Shown here in pieces: positions 20,042 to 29,538 of a DNA stretch of 64,000 nt. Position numbers and translations under genes: made by a program. The notes under the pieces were generated by a model that did not search any database, was not told the DNA's origin, and was given only the letters and a program-made list of their open reading frames with translations. The stretch is from a virus (lineage: Duplodnaviria; Caudoviricetes): the IMG/VR virus record IMGVR_UViG_3300009370_001552, positions 1-64,000 of that record; one strand, 5' to 3'. Each line of letters opens with the position of its first letter. The first letter of the stretch is position 1.

Positions 20042-20919
20042 GTTGTTTCTCCAGGTTTCCTATCACACAAATCTGGTTGGTCTGCATACTCACACCATTT
20101 ACAATTCTTTACTGATGGTAGTTTACTATAAATATGGTCTGTCCTATATTCTCCTTCATCTGTAAAACAATCATCTATAAAATCCTTTAATCGTCTATTT
20201 ACTTTGTTTATAGATGGTGTGCCATTTGCAGGAGTAAATATCTGTATTCTCTTTTGTGGAAAATCTGTTCCCTCATATAACTTTCGTTTTACTATAAAAA
20301 ACTCTACATCAATTCTATCTAATGGAATATCAAATTGTTTAGAGAAAAACTGTTTGTATAATAATAACTGGTCTGTCTTGTTTTTATCTTTCTTTTGATA
20401 TTTGTTCCAACCATATGTAGCTGTCTTAATATCAATAATTTTTATTCGTTCCAGTTTAACGTCACGAATTATCAAATCTATAAAACCCTTAAATTTAATA
20501 TTTTTACTCATACCAAAATCAAGAGCGGTTTCTATTCCAAGCAATTCATATCCACGTTTACTAAAATACTGGTCTCGTTTTTTCTTAAAGAAATCTATAA
20601 TTTTTAGTCCATCCTGATAAAACTCGTTCATTTCATCCTTTGTACAAATCTCTACTCCACCATTATTTTGTAAAGTTTCCACAAAATTTTCACGCATTCT
20701 ATCTTCTAACATCTCATCAAGATAGAGTTCGTTTGCCTCTTTTATACTTTGAGTATACATTACTTTTAAATATTCTTGTAATACTTCATGCATACTTGCA
20801 CCAAATAAGGTATGAATATTACCGTCAAATATTGATTTTTTATCTACATATGACAACTTCCACTTCCACGGACACTGCACCCACTGTGAATATTGGCTAT
20901 ACGATATAGTTTTAGACAT
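20038..20919 (-). CDS. PD-(D/E)XK (RecB/Cas4-like) exonuclease
   Basis: ISYSQY..CP.KW, FKGFIDLII, IIDIKT, QLLLY and C-terminal CKWC..C Fe-S/Zn ligands. Confidence 0.85.
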   Translation of the reverse strand: MSKTISYSQYSQWVQCPWKWKLSYVDKKSIFDGNIHTLFGASMHEVLQEYLKVMYTQSIKEANELYLDEMLEDRMRENFVETLQNNGGVEICTKDEMNEFYQDGLKIIDFFKKKRDQYFSKRGYELLGIETALDFGMSKNIKFKGFIDLIIRDVKLERIKIIDIKTATYGWNKYQKKDKNKTDQLLLYKQFFSKQFDIPLDRIDVEFFIVKRKLYEGTDFPQKRIQIFTPANGTPSINKVNRRLKDFIDDCFTDEGEYRTDHIYSKLPSVKNCKWCEYADQPDLCDRKPGETT

Positions 20920-20924
20920 AATTG

Positions 20925-20953
20925 ATCTTACGAATAATTAATGAGAAAGTCAA
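20925..20953 (-). promoter_or_regulatory. Sigma70-type promoter, probably producing a leaderless mRNA
   Basis: TTGACT-17 nt-TAAGAT, followed by only 5 nt (CAATT) before the ATG of the exonuclease; no SD. Confidence 0.6.
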
Positions 20954-21195
20954 GCTAATTTTGACTTGACAGTCTCTTTACTCTGAACACCTACTAATCT
21001 TTCAACTTCCATACCATTTTCTTCTATTATAGTAGTTGGAACTGACTTGACTCCCATTGAAGCTGCCATTGTTTGATTTTCATCTATGTCTATAAACTCT
21101 ATACTATATCCCTCGCTAGACAATTCTTCCATTACTGGTTTGAATGACTTACAGGGCAGACACCAAACAGCCGTGTAGTATTTTGCTGTTTTCAT
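20950..21195 (-). CDS. Thioredoxin
   Basis: WCLPC active site and GVKSVPT cis-Pro motif. Confidence 0.9.
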   Translation of the reverse strand: MKTAKYYTAVWCLPCKSFKPVMEELSSEGYSIEFIDIDENQTMAASMGVKSVPTTIIEENGMEVERLVGVQSKETVKSKLA

Positions 21196-21206
21196 TTTGT
21201 TTTCTC

Positions 21207-21620
21207 CTATTTACCCCATTTACCATTTTTAACTATTTGAGCAATAATACCATATACCGATATATCCTTGAAGGCATCCATTGTGGGTTCTGCCTGTCCT
21301 TCACTATTTCGTTTGATAATGAGATTGACTAATCTGTTTACTTTGTCGTTTACTCTAACTACTAATGCCGTTAGTGATAATTTTACATCTGTTTCAGTTT
21401 TTAAATCTGTTCCCATACTGATATTGCCGGGACCATAATCGTGTTGTTTCAATGCGAATAACTCATATTGTTCTTCTTGTATTTTACGAAACTCACCCAT
21501 CATTTCTGGCCAATCTCTTTCCATCAAATCTACTACACTGTCATTTGATTTAGGTTGAGTTGGTGAACCGTCATTTCCATAAATTACTTTTTTCTTACTA
21601 TCTTTTATAAATTTTGTCAT
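21207..21620 (-). CDS. Nucleotide modification associated domain 1 (DUF1599-like) protein
   Basis: FALKQHDYG, VRVNDKVNRL and DAFKDISVYGII pattern. Confidence 0.65.
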   Translation of the reverse strand: MTKFIKDSKKKVIYGNDGSPTQPKSNDSVVDLMERDWPEMMGEFRKIQEEQYELFALKQHDYGPGNISMGTDLKTETDVKLSLTALVVRVNDKVNRLVNLIIKRNSEGQAEPTMDAFKDISVYGIIAQIVKNGKWGK

Positions 21621-21629
21621 TACCCACTC

Positions 21630-22178
21630 CTATTTAATTTCATCGATAACACCGTATTCCAATGCTTCTTCTGCTGTTAGATATGTATCTTGTTTACTAA
21701 TTCTTTCCCAAAATTCCTGGTCTTTATTTGTGACTTCACCGAGAATACGGTTGATATTACTTTGTAATTTTTTCAAATGATCTGCACCTTTTAAAACATC
21801 TGACGTTTTACCGGCCTCAAATGCTGAACCTTCGTGGACCATCACAGTAGAATTTTTGCTCATAGAACGAACCCCTGTCCCACAGGAAAGAATAACTGCT
21901 GCCGCGGACATTGCTGCTCCAAAGCAATGAGTGTTCACTTTTACTGGTAGTGATTTGAAATAATCAATCGTTCCTAACATTGCATAAACATCACCACCAT
22001 ATGATGAAATAATCAAATTGATATCTTCACCTCTATTGTAATGAATAAGGCTATCCAATCTCGTCATTGTAGAATACAAACTGTCAGTATCTATATCGTA
22101 TGTAAGATACATTGTATTCTTGTTTATATCTATTCCCCATTCAAGTTGTTTGAATAGTGTTTCTTTCGTTTCGTGCAT
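21630..22178 (-). CDS. clpP: ClpP-like serine protease, paralog 1
   Basis: ISSYGG, AAMSAAAVIL (Ser), MVHE (His) and DTYLTAEEALEYGVIDEI (Asp). Confidence 0.85.
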   Translation of the reverse strand: MHETKETLFKQLEWGIDINKNTMYLTYDIDTDSLYSTMTRLDSLIHYNRGEDINLIISSYGGDVYAMLGTIDYFKSLPVKVNTHCFGAAMSAAAVILSCGTGVRSMSKNSTVMVHEGSAFEAGKTSDVLKGADHLKKLQSNINRILGEVTNKDQEFWERISKQDTYLTAEEALEYGVIDEIK

Positions 22179-22180
22179 TT

Positions 22181-22261
22181 TTACTCCTCTATTGTTATAA
22201 ATTCACATCCAAGAAAATCTATTATTTCTTGTTTTCTTCGTTCATCTCGTAGTAAAGTCAT
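22181..22261 (-). pseudogene. C-terminal footprint of a lost HAENGGE-type endonuclease
   Basis: Unannotated 26-aa ORF MTLLRDERRKQEIIDFLGCEFITIEE versus the end of 50303..51136 (RDERRKQEIIDHLGCKFIEIKE); shared DNA ctattatttcttgttttctt. Confidence 0.75.
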
Positions 22262-23337
22262 TTTTTAAAAACAAATATTGGTTCGTACTTATAACCGGCC
22301 CCCATTACTGAAGATAATGTTAGTTCTATCACATCTTCATAAGTAAATCCAACTTCCTTTGCAACTTTAATTGTACCTTCTTCTATAAATTTGTGTTTTG
22401 GTGTGTTCGATATATTAATCAACATATACTTTCCATCTTTTAATCCGTAATAACAATTTTCCATAGTCTGTCTCATAAACTTATTCATCCAAGCTTGTTC
22501 ACTTGGAAACTTTATATAACTTTGAGTTGGTTCATCACTATATTTTTCAGTGTCGAAATATGGTGGACTTGTGAAACATAGGTCAAGTGAATTTTTATCA
22601 GGACGATAAACTTCTGACCCACACTTATATATATCAACTTTTTTCCCTAAATACGAAAAATCTTTTTTCATTTCTAATAGACCTTCGTATGTCCTTGTAG
22701 CTGGTTCAGTTCCAATATAATGTTTAGTATTAGATGCTGCTAAAAATCCTAATAACCTGCCACCCCAACCACTTGACATATCTCTAATCACTGGACCACC
22801 ATATTTTTCATAAATTAGTTTTGCTGCCGTTGGTCTGAAATTAGATACTGATTGTGTTCCTGTATAAATCTTAATTGATTGTCGTAATCTGTTTTCGTGA
22901 AACTTATTATGGGTTCTCTCTCCTTCTCCACTCCAATGTTTAAGTTGCCACTTCCAACATTTCTTTATGGTTGACTTAAACTTATCATCATCTAAAAAAG
23001 TTTCCATTGGTGAGTTCATAGAATTTCCACATTGTATTTCCCAGAAAAACGGGAAGTAGGACCAAGCTAATCGTAAAGCATGCATAGTCTGTATAATTTT
23101 CTTATCCTCAAATATAGTGGATACATCAAATTTACGCAGTTTCCTCATATGAGAATGTTTCTCATCTTCTCGTATTTTGTAGTGAGGGAAACCGTGTCTG
23201 CGGTAATACTTGAATATGACATCTACACCATAATCAATATCTACGGTATCTATATTATTTGTAACTCTCTCAAACTCTAAATCATCGAAATCATAATCAA
23301 AGAAATTACCGAGTGTTGAATAATCCGTTCTACTCAC
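22258..23337 (-). CDS. DNA amino-methyltransferase-like protein (SAM motif before SPPY), paralog A
   Basis: DMSSGWGGRLLGF SAM-binding motif followed by FTSPPYF. Related to 46415..47635. Confidence 0.75.
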   Translation of the reverse strand: MSRTDYSTLGNFFDYDFDDLEFERVTNNIDTVDIDYGVDVIFKYYRRHGFPHYKIREDEKHSHMRKLRKFDVSTIFEDKKIIQTMHALRLAWSYFPFFWEIQCGNSMNSPMETFLDDDKFKSTIKKCWKWQLKHWSGEGERTHNKFHENRLRQSIKIYTGTQSVSNFRPTAAKLIYEKYGGPVIRDMSSGWGGRLLGFLAASNTKHYIGTEPATRTYEGLLEMKKDFSYLGKKVDIYKCGSEVYRPDKNSLDLCFTSPPYFDTEKYSDEPTQSYIKFPSEQAWMNKFMRQTMENCYYGLKDGKYMLINISNTPKHKFIEEGTIKVAKEVGFTYEDVIELTLSSVMGAGYKYEPIFVFKK

Positions 23338-23777
23338 GGTAAATTTAGTTTTTTCAGTTCCTTTGGATCCACTCCATATTTCTGAAGTATCGTTTTTAGA
23401 TTTGCTTTGTTCTGTTCTGTTGAATAAAACACATCTAAATATTCTCTTGCCTCTGATAAACTCACTTCATAATATTTAGAAATTATTTCCAATAACCATT
23501 TTTCATATTTCATTTTAGTTTTCCCCTTAACATACCGCAACCACTGCTTACCCTTTGGTAATATGTTTGTGTATAACTTGTATAACTCTTTTGGTTTCAG
23601 ATTGTATCTCTGAAATTCATTTACTACATCAACATATTCCATCTTCATAGATAGAAACCTATGTATCATATAGTTAGACCACTGCTTCTTCTCTGTTTCG
23701 TTCAGAGAATCCCAATAACCTTTAGTTTGTTTTTGTGTAATATGTGTAACGTGGTCGAATAGACCTTTATTTTTCAT
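23334..23777 (-). CDS. Clamp loader small subunit (T4 gp62-like)
   Basis: LFDH...NYMIHRFLSM...LPKGKQWLRYVK...EISKYYEVS..EAREYL pattern of gp62-like proteins. Confidence 0.7.
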   Translation of the reverse strand: MKNKGLFDHVTHITQKQTKGYWDSLNETEKKQWSNYMIHRFLSMKMEYVDVVNEFQRYNLKPKELYKLYTNILPKGKQWLRYVKGKTKMKYEKWLLEIISKYYEVSLSEAREYLDVFYSTEQNKANLKTILQKYGVDPKELKKLNLP

Positions 23778-23813
23778 AACTATAATTATTAAACTACTTT
23801 CTCAAAATCAGTT

Positions 23814-24215
23814 TTAATAGCTTCCCCAGAACGAACTTCCACTTTCAACCGCGGATGTGTCCAATGTGGTAGAACCCGATTGCCAGGCTAAATTATAACT
23901 TGGATATGATCCAGTCCGTGCATTTAATGCATCTGTAAGTGTAGAAGCTATACTTGAAGTAAATGAACCCCAATTATCCCCATATGAAGTCTTTATCCAA
24001 CTCTCCATAGATGAAGTAGTTACATTATCCCATGCAACAAAACTTTCCGTTACAGCCGCAACAAGTTCAGTAGAATAATCTATTCTCTCATAATTTAATA
24101 TACCAGCTACTGATGATGAACCACTATCCATAAATGAATAGTTAACATTTCTTACAACATCAACAAATGAACTGCTAAAATCGTATCTCCAACAATTTCT
24201 TACTTGAAAATCCAT
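23814..24215 (-). CDS. Hypothetical Ser-rich protein, possibly virion-associated
   Basis: 133 aa, SGS-rich, with its own SD and promoter-like motif. Confidence 0.5.
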   Translation of the reverse strand: MDFQVRNCWRYDFSSSFVDVVRNVNYSFMDSGSSSVAGILNYERIDYSTELVAAVTESFVAWDNVTTSSMESWIKTSYGDNWGSFTSSIASTLTDALNARTGSYPSYNLAWQSGSTTLDTSAVESGSSFWGSY

Positions 24216-24243
24216 TTAAATTCTCCTATACTATAATTTACCA

Positions 24244-24255
24244 TTAATAAATATC
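24244..24255 (-). promoter_or_regulatory. Recurrent TATTTAT promoter-like motif
   Basis: Minus strand GATATTTATTAA in the 24216..24259 gap. Confidence 0.45.
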
Positions 24256-24259
24256 ACAA

Positions 24260-24871
24260 TTAAAAACATTCATTAAATAATAAATGAACTCTATTCTCTT
24301 TTTTATCATAAGTAGACGGGTTTACCGCTGTATGTGAATTACTTGCTTCTATTTCATATACAAACCCATCATCTGGTATATGAAATCCAATACCGTGTGA
24401 AGATTCTAATATATCATCATTATATATATTACTCTCATTAGTTCTAACATAATAAAAACTATCTACTGGGGATATTATTGGAAGATGCCATCTTCGTTCA
24501 AAATCACGATGCATATTATAAACACTCTCTGGTTTCATTATCATGATTCTAATTCTACCTATTGAAAATTGTAATTTCATTTCATTACAAACCTTCCAAA
24601 TATAAGGACACATAGTTTCTAATTTAGGGTTTAATACAGAAAAATCTTTCTCACTATATTTCATACCTGGATTTGTTTTTTCCCAAAATAAACTACCTAC
24701 ATTTTGAACCCACCTTTTATCTTCTTCACAATCTTCAGTATAGGTTAACCCTATCTGATTGAATCCACCCTGATCACTTTCTACTTCAGAATCCAATATC
24801 TTCCAATCTCGTTTTAAAGCATAACTATCAAATCTAATATTTAATCGTTTTATAAAATCACTTGTTTTCAA
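24260..24871 (-). CDS. Aspartyl/asparaginyl beta-hydroxylase-like 2OG-Fe(II) oxygenase
   Basis: RIRIMIMKP...MHRD (HxD), WHLPI, HTAVN and RVHLLF. Confidence 0.75.
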   Translation of the reverse strand: MKTSDFIKRLNIRFDSYALKRDWKILDSEVESDQGGFNQIGLTYTEDCEEDKRWVQNVGSLFWEKTNPGMKYSEKDFSVLNPKLETMCPYIWKVCNEMKLQFSIGRIRIMIMKPESVYNMHRDFERRWHLPIISPVDSFYYVRTNESNIYNDDILESSHGIGFHIPDDGFVYEIEASNSHTAVNPSTYDKKENRVHLLFNECF

Positions 24872-25367
24872 GTGTAATCTCCCTTATTCTACCATCAAAA
24901 TTAATTATAAAATTAACTACTTCGAGTATTCTATCAACTTTTAATTTTTTACCGTCCCACCATTCTGTTATTCTTGGTGTATCTGTCCAGCCAGGTCTAA
25001 TCAAAGAACATTTCACCCCAGTAGATTCCATAAAATATTTAAAATTTGTTTTATCTAAAAGTCTTTTACCTTCACTATAATCATGTCCTTTACCAAAATC
25101 AGGTGCATTTGAACCAATAGAAATTATCATTTTACTTGAGTCGTTTTTCCATTTGGAATAAACATACTTTAATGCATCAGATTGTGCATTAGGATTATCA
25201 TCATCATAGGCGTTGTTAATAAACAAATCACATTTCTCATCAAACCACTCTGATATTTCTGTTATAGGTTTATCATTAGACCTACTCGTACCAATTATCT
25301 TACCTTCAAGGTTTTCATAGAGATGTTTTCCTATACCAGAAGTATGACCTGTAATTATAACATACAC
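24858..25367 (-). CDS. Minimal short-chain dehydrogenase/reductase
   Basis: IITGHTSGIG, FINNA, ISIGS, YSEGK (YxxxK) and IRPGWTDT. Confidence 0.8.
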   Translation of the reverse strand: MYVIITGHTSGIGKHLYENLEGKIIGTSRSNDKPITEISEWFDEKCDLFINNAYDDDNPNAQSDALKYVYSKWKNDSSKMIISIGSNAPDFGKGHDYSEGKRLLDKTNFKYFMESTGVKCSLIRPGWTDTPRITEWWDGKKLKVDRILEVVNFIINFDGRIREITLENK

Positions 25368-25368
25368 T

Positions 25369-25707
25369 TTATAGTTGAATCAATACGGCTATAAAACATA
25401 AAAGTATTGATAGTCCAATCTTCCAAGTAATTGCCTCACCAATAAACATCCAAGTAAATAATGCAAATATTAATGTTCCCATAAAATGTGACATAATCTT
25501 GAAGAACCAAGCTTGATTTGAAAATGCAAAACTATATTTTACAGCGTATGCAAATAATAATCCAGTAGGAATTGCTGCTAACAATGCGGGTATAGGTGGT
25601 TTTGCCCATTTCCATGCTAATTGACCAGTTTGTGTAACCCACGCCAAACTATATGCCGTTGCCATTAAAATAACTGTTAATACAAAATCATTATTCCAAA
25701 ATTTCAT
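25369..25707 (-). CDS. Small 4-TM membrane protein (DMT/SMR-like)
   Basis: Four hydrophobic segments and GE.ITWKIGL.ILL C-terminus; no TM1 Glu. Confidence 0.5.
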   Translation of the reverse strand: MKFWNNDFVLTVILMATAYSLAWVTQTGQLAWKWAKPPIPALLAAIPTGLLFAYAVKYSFAFSNQAWFFKIMSHFMGTLIFALFTWMFIGEAITWKIGLSILLCFIAVLIQL

Positions 25708-25709
25708 AA

Positions 25710-28037
25710 TTAAAACCTATAAAATAATGAAAATGTAGAACTTCTGGGAATACCAGTCTGAAATCCCCAACTACTCGCACTTGACCAATATTCTGTATTC
25801 AATAAATTATGAACTTGTAACTGTACATCGAGATTTTTAGATACACCATATTTAATTGATAAATCAGTAAGGAAACTTGATGGTAATGTTGCAGAATCTT
25901 CTGTAGATACCCACTCACCATTCTCATCATTGTGTCCATCAACCGAAACTTCAGAATTATTTTCCATAATATAAATGTCATCATAATATCTCGAAGAAAC
26001 TACTGCAGTTAAATCTTTCCATTTATATGAAAGATTACCACTCAATATAGTTTGTGGAAATCCAGTTTCATACCTTGTATCACCAATGGTTGAATCTACA
26101 TCAAAACCATATAGTATACTTCTACCTTCTTCTCCAAATGGTGTCCCCCAAACATTCTCAGACTTTGAATAATTTAAGTTCAATACTAATCCATATGGAA
26201 GTTCTAATGTGGTATATAACTCTATTCCACTATAATTGGCATCACCTATTGGAATATATTTTCTTCCCTGATAATCATAATCATCAGTATTAGCCATCTC
26301 TGGATTTACAACCAACATATTTTTACCTCTAAAATCTATATTATATATATTCAATCCACTATTCTTATATTTAACTCCAAATTCAGTATCAATTGCTTCT
26401 TCTAAGGTTATATCTTCCTTTGGTTTACCATAATTAAACATTGCCCGTATTCGTGGTTCATTTTCTGTTTTCGATACGCTCAACCTTGTTGATAAATCGT
26501 TATTATGTGTATAGACTACTCCAAGTTTAGGTGACCAACTTGTAAATTTCTTATCCCAAGTAATAAGTTTACCAGTAGTATTATTAGTACTAATCATATT
26601 TTCTTCTACTTCATAAGTAATACTGGAACGTTGTAAATCAGCCAATACAGAAAATTTACCAATATTTTGTAAATACCTAACAAAAAAACTTGATTGTGGT
26701 TTGTATGTAGTAAAATCCCAAATCTTCCCACCTTCAGGAAATCCAGTTGGAACTCCACCAATATTATAATAATATTCATCTCCACCAAAACCATTATTAA
26801 TATATGCCTTATGGTCTGATATCCAAACTCTATTATCAAATCCAGCATATATTTTACTATCCTTATTGAGTGTCTTTGATAAAGTAAGTACTTGACCAAA
26901 TTGTTTATGGTCAACCCAACTTGTATATTGATGTAAATTAGGATACCACGGGGCACCTGCATTTACTGATTCATAACTCATTAACCCATTTTCATCTTTA
27001 CTAACAAAATAAAACTTATCCAATAGTGCTAAAAATCCATTACCCCAAGAATAATGTAAATCATTATTTAACTCAACACCATTATCAAAAGTATAACTAT
27101 GGTGTAATTCTAACATTGGTTTATGATAAGCATTATTATCTAAACTTGACCTTCCACCTGCATTAATAAAACTACCAACACTATTTGATGTTCCACCTTT
27201 TGCAAACCCAACAACATCACTTAAAGTCAAATAGGATTCTGAATCTGGTACATCTAATGTGCTAACTTGAACGTTTCCACTATAATTTCTACCATACTTA
27301 GCAAAAGTAGATGGTGATTGACCATAAAATCCAAGCGTATTAAGTGCAGGTGAACCATGAAATACCAATCTCAAATTGTGTCCTTTGTAATTAGTTCTGG
27401 CTGAAAGATAATATGCTAAAGACTCAAAATAAGAACCTACTTTATACCCATAATCACGAAGATATGTAAATCTTGTAGTATAATTCTCAGCTGTCTTATT
27501 AACACTAAACTTTAAATTACGAGAATCTCCATTCCAAGTAGAATAACCAAAATTAGTTTCTGGTTTATCAGAATCATCAGTAATTATATGAACACTACCA
27601 CCAAGATTACCAAGTCCATATAAAGATGAACTAACTCCTCGTTGAACTTGAATTTTATTTGTTGATTGAGATGTTGATCCCCAATTTGACCACCAAACCT
27701 TTTTAGAAGTTGGATCATTTATAGGAATATTGTTTATAGATACAGAAAGTCTTTGTTCGTCAAAACCTCTTACCCATAAATTAGTTTGAGATTTAACTCC
27801 CAAATCATTTCTAATATAAACACCTGGAACATTTGACAAATGATATGCTAAGTCTTGTCCCTCAAAAGTTTCAATCTGTTCTTTATTAATATCTGTATAT
27901 GATACTGGTGTATTTGATTTTGCAATATTATAATCACCAACTACAACAATCGTATCACCAACGAAATCACTATCCCACACTATTACTGTCTGTGAATATC
28001 CCACACTCATTAATATCGCAATCAATAACTTCTTCAT
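25710..28037 (-). CDS. TonB-dependent outer-membrane receptor
   Basis: Signal peptide, TonB box DTIVVVG, plug motifs (VPGVY, VRGF, IQVQRG, GGSVHI), NLLNTEY and C-terminal YRF. Confidence 0.9.
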   Translation of the reverse strand: MKKLLIAILMSVGYSQTVIVWDSDFVGDTIVVVGDYNIAKSNTPVSYTDINKEQIETFEGQDLAYHLSNVPGVYIRNDLGVKSQTNLWVRGFDEQRLSVSINNIPINDPTSKKVWWSNWGSTSQSTNKIQVQRGVSSSLYGLGNLGGSVHIITDDSDKPETNFGYSTWNGDSRNLKFSVNKTAENYTTRFTYLRDYGYKVGSYFESLAYYLSARTNYKGHNLRLVFHGSPALNTLGFYGQSPSTFAKYGRNYSGNVQVSTLDVPDSESYLTLSDVVGFAKGGTSNSVGSFINAGGRSSLDNNAYHKPMLELHHSYTFDNGVELNNDLHYSWGNGFLALLDKFYFVSKDENGLMSYESVNAGAPWYPNLHQYTSWVDHKQFGQVLTLSKTLNKDSKIYAGFDNRVWISDHKAYINNGFGGDEYYYNIGGVPTGFPEGGKIWDFTTYKPQSSFFVRYLQNIGKFSVLADLQRSSITYEVEENMISTNNTTGKLITWDKKFTSWSPKLGVVYTHNNDLSTRLSVSKTENEPRIRAMFNYGKPKEDITLEEAIDTEFGVKYKNSGLNIYNIDFRGKNMLVVNPEMANTDDYDYQGRKYIPIGDANYSGIELYTTLELPYGLVLNLNYSKSENVWGTPFGEEGRSILYGFDVDSTIGDTRYETGFPQTILSGNLSYKWKDLTAVVSSRYYDDIYIMENNSEVSVDGHNDENGEWVSTEDSATLPSSFLTDLSIKYGVSKNLDVQLQVHNLLNTEYWSSASSWGFQTGIPRSSTFSLFYRF

Positions 28038-28657
28038 TATTTCTCCTTATTTATTTTCAATAATTTTGTTGTACAACTTATACCTTCTGTTTTATGTAAC
28101 ATACTTAATGCTGAATGATTCCATTTTTCTGTATGCCATAATAATTTTTTATAACCCATTTGTCCTAATAATTCTGGATGATAAGATTTTAAAAAACGAG
28201 AAAATGAATTTCCTCTATATCTCCTATCAATATAAAAATTTATACCAAAAACTTCATTATCTTCTATAAATATATCCTTAATAAATATAAATTCATTTTT
28301 TTTCCTGGGACTATAAACCAACCCATTACTTCTATTAAGATAAACAGAAATTTTTCCTAAAACATCCCACTGCCATCCAACTATCTCATCTTGGTATTCT
28401 AAAATCCAAAATAAAAAATTACCACTCCTTAATCTCCACTTGGCTTCTTCCATATCCCACATTCCATGATATGGATATTTATCACCCTTCTCGGTTGAAA
28501 ATTCTTCCAAAAAGTTATCTAATCCCTTTTGTAATTTAATCTCAAGTTTATCATTTATTTTCTTAACTCTGTTTAACTCTAATCCATCAAAGTATTCCAT
28601 ATCAAGACATTTATAATTTTCTATATCTAAAATACAACTTAAAACTTTAATTTTCAT
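28037..28657 (-). CDS. GNAT-like acetyltransferase
   Basis: FYIDRRYRGNSFS motif A and WNHSALSML motif B. Confidence 0.6.
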   Translation of the reverse strand: MKIKVLSCILDIENYKCLDMEYFDGLELNRVKKINDKLEIKLQKGLDNFLEEFSTEKGDKYPYHGMWDMEEAKWRLRSGNFLFWILEYQDEIVGWQWDVLGKISVYLNRSNGLVYSPRKKNEFIFIKDIFIEDNEVFGINFYIDRRYRGNSFSRFLKSYHPELLGQMGYKKLLWHTEKWNHSALSMLHKTEGISCTTKLLKINKEK

Positions 28658-29538
28658 AAATGATTCACCACTTTGGGAACACGAGATATAAATTTATATC
28701 CCCCATCTACTCTTTCCCAAATATCTTTAGTATTGAACCATCCACTCGTCCTCTCCTCACCTAAATATCCCAACATAAGACCTGGTCCTTTTACTAATAA
28801 TTCACTTTTATAGTTCAACTTAACATCATAATCTTTATGTGGATTCATAATCAATGTATTTTTACCTGTCATTCCTGGCATTAAAACTTCCGTCATAGAC
28901 CAACTACACCACCAATCACTACCACATTGTTCTTTAAACTTATCAACTTGATATTGTTCAACAAAATCCGAACCCATAGTTGTTCTTGCACCATCAAAAT
29001 CTTCAGTACCATTTAACATATCATTCATCTTTGGTGTCATTGGAATCATAGTAAATGCATGTTTGTTAATTGTAGATGGATTCCATTTCTCTATTATAAA
29101 TTTTGCTCCAGATAAAAAAGATGGAATTGTTATCATTAATAATGCTGTCGTATTAGATAACTCTGGACAATAAACAAAATCATCTTCTGTATATTCCCAC
29201 TCTTTAATAGATTCTAAAACGCACCATTCAATACTACTCCATGAATGAGTAACAAATTTACTTTTACCTGTTGTTCCAGATGTAGAATAAACTGCTGCAA
29301 TGTCGTCTGTTAAATATTTAGACTTAGACTCTATCTCATCAAGATGGTGTTGTTCTATATTAGATGATACAGGAATATATGTTGTGTTAGTTTTATAACA
29401 CGCAAAGAAATCAATCACATAATCCATTCTCTCTTCAGATTTAGATATAAGGTATGTTCCATCTAACTGTTCTGCACGTTTATCTATATGATTGACTATT
29501 TCAGGATTAACATTCTGTAACATCTCATATAATATCAT
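28654..29538 (-). CDS. Minimal AMP-binding (adenylate-forming, acyl-CoA ligase-like) enzyme
   Basis: YSTSGTTGKSK P-loop, WSMTE, LLVKGPGLMLGY and WFNTKDI; lacks the C-terminal subdomain. Confidence 0.8.
   Translation of the reverse strand: MILYEMLQNVNPEIVNHIDKRAEQLDGTYLISKSEERMDYVIDFFACYKTNTTYIPVSSNIEQHHLDEIESKSKYLTDDIAAVYSTSGTTGKSKFVTHSWSSIEWCVLESIKEWEYTEDDFVYCPELSNTTALLMITIPSFLSGAKFIIEKWNPSTINKHAFTMIPMTPKMNDMLNGTEDFDGARTTMGSDFVEQYQVDKFKEQCGSDWWCSWSMTEVLMPGMTGKNTLIMNPHKDYDVKLNYKSELLVKGPGLMLGYLGEERTSGWFNTKDIWERVDGGYKFISRVPKVVNHL

Noticed and set aside
20038-20919. Cas4 of a CRISPR system
   Set aside because: No repeat-spacer array or other cas genes in the window; stand-alone PD-(D/E)XK exonucleases are common in large phages.
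25799-26962. Minus-strand alternative-frame ORFs inside the TonB receptor (and similar nested ORFs at 39838..40020)
   Set aside because: Out-of-frame nested ORFs without SD or motifs within a clearly coding gene.
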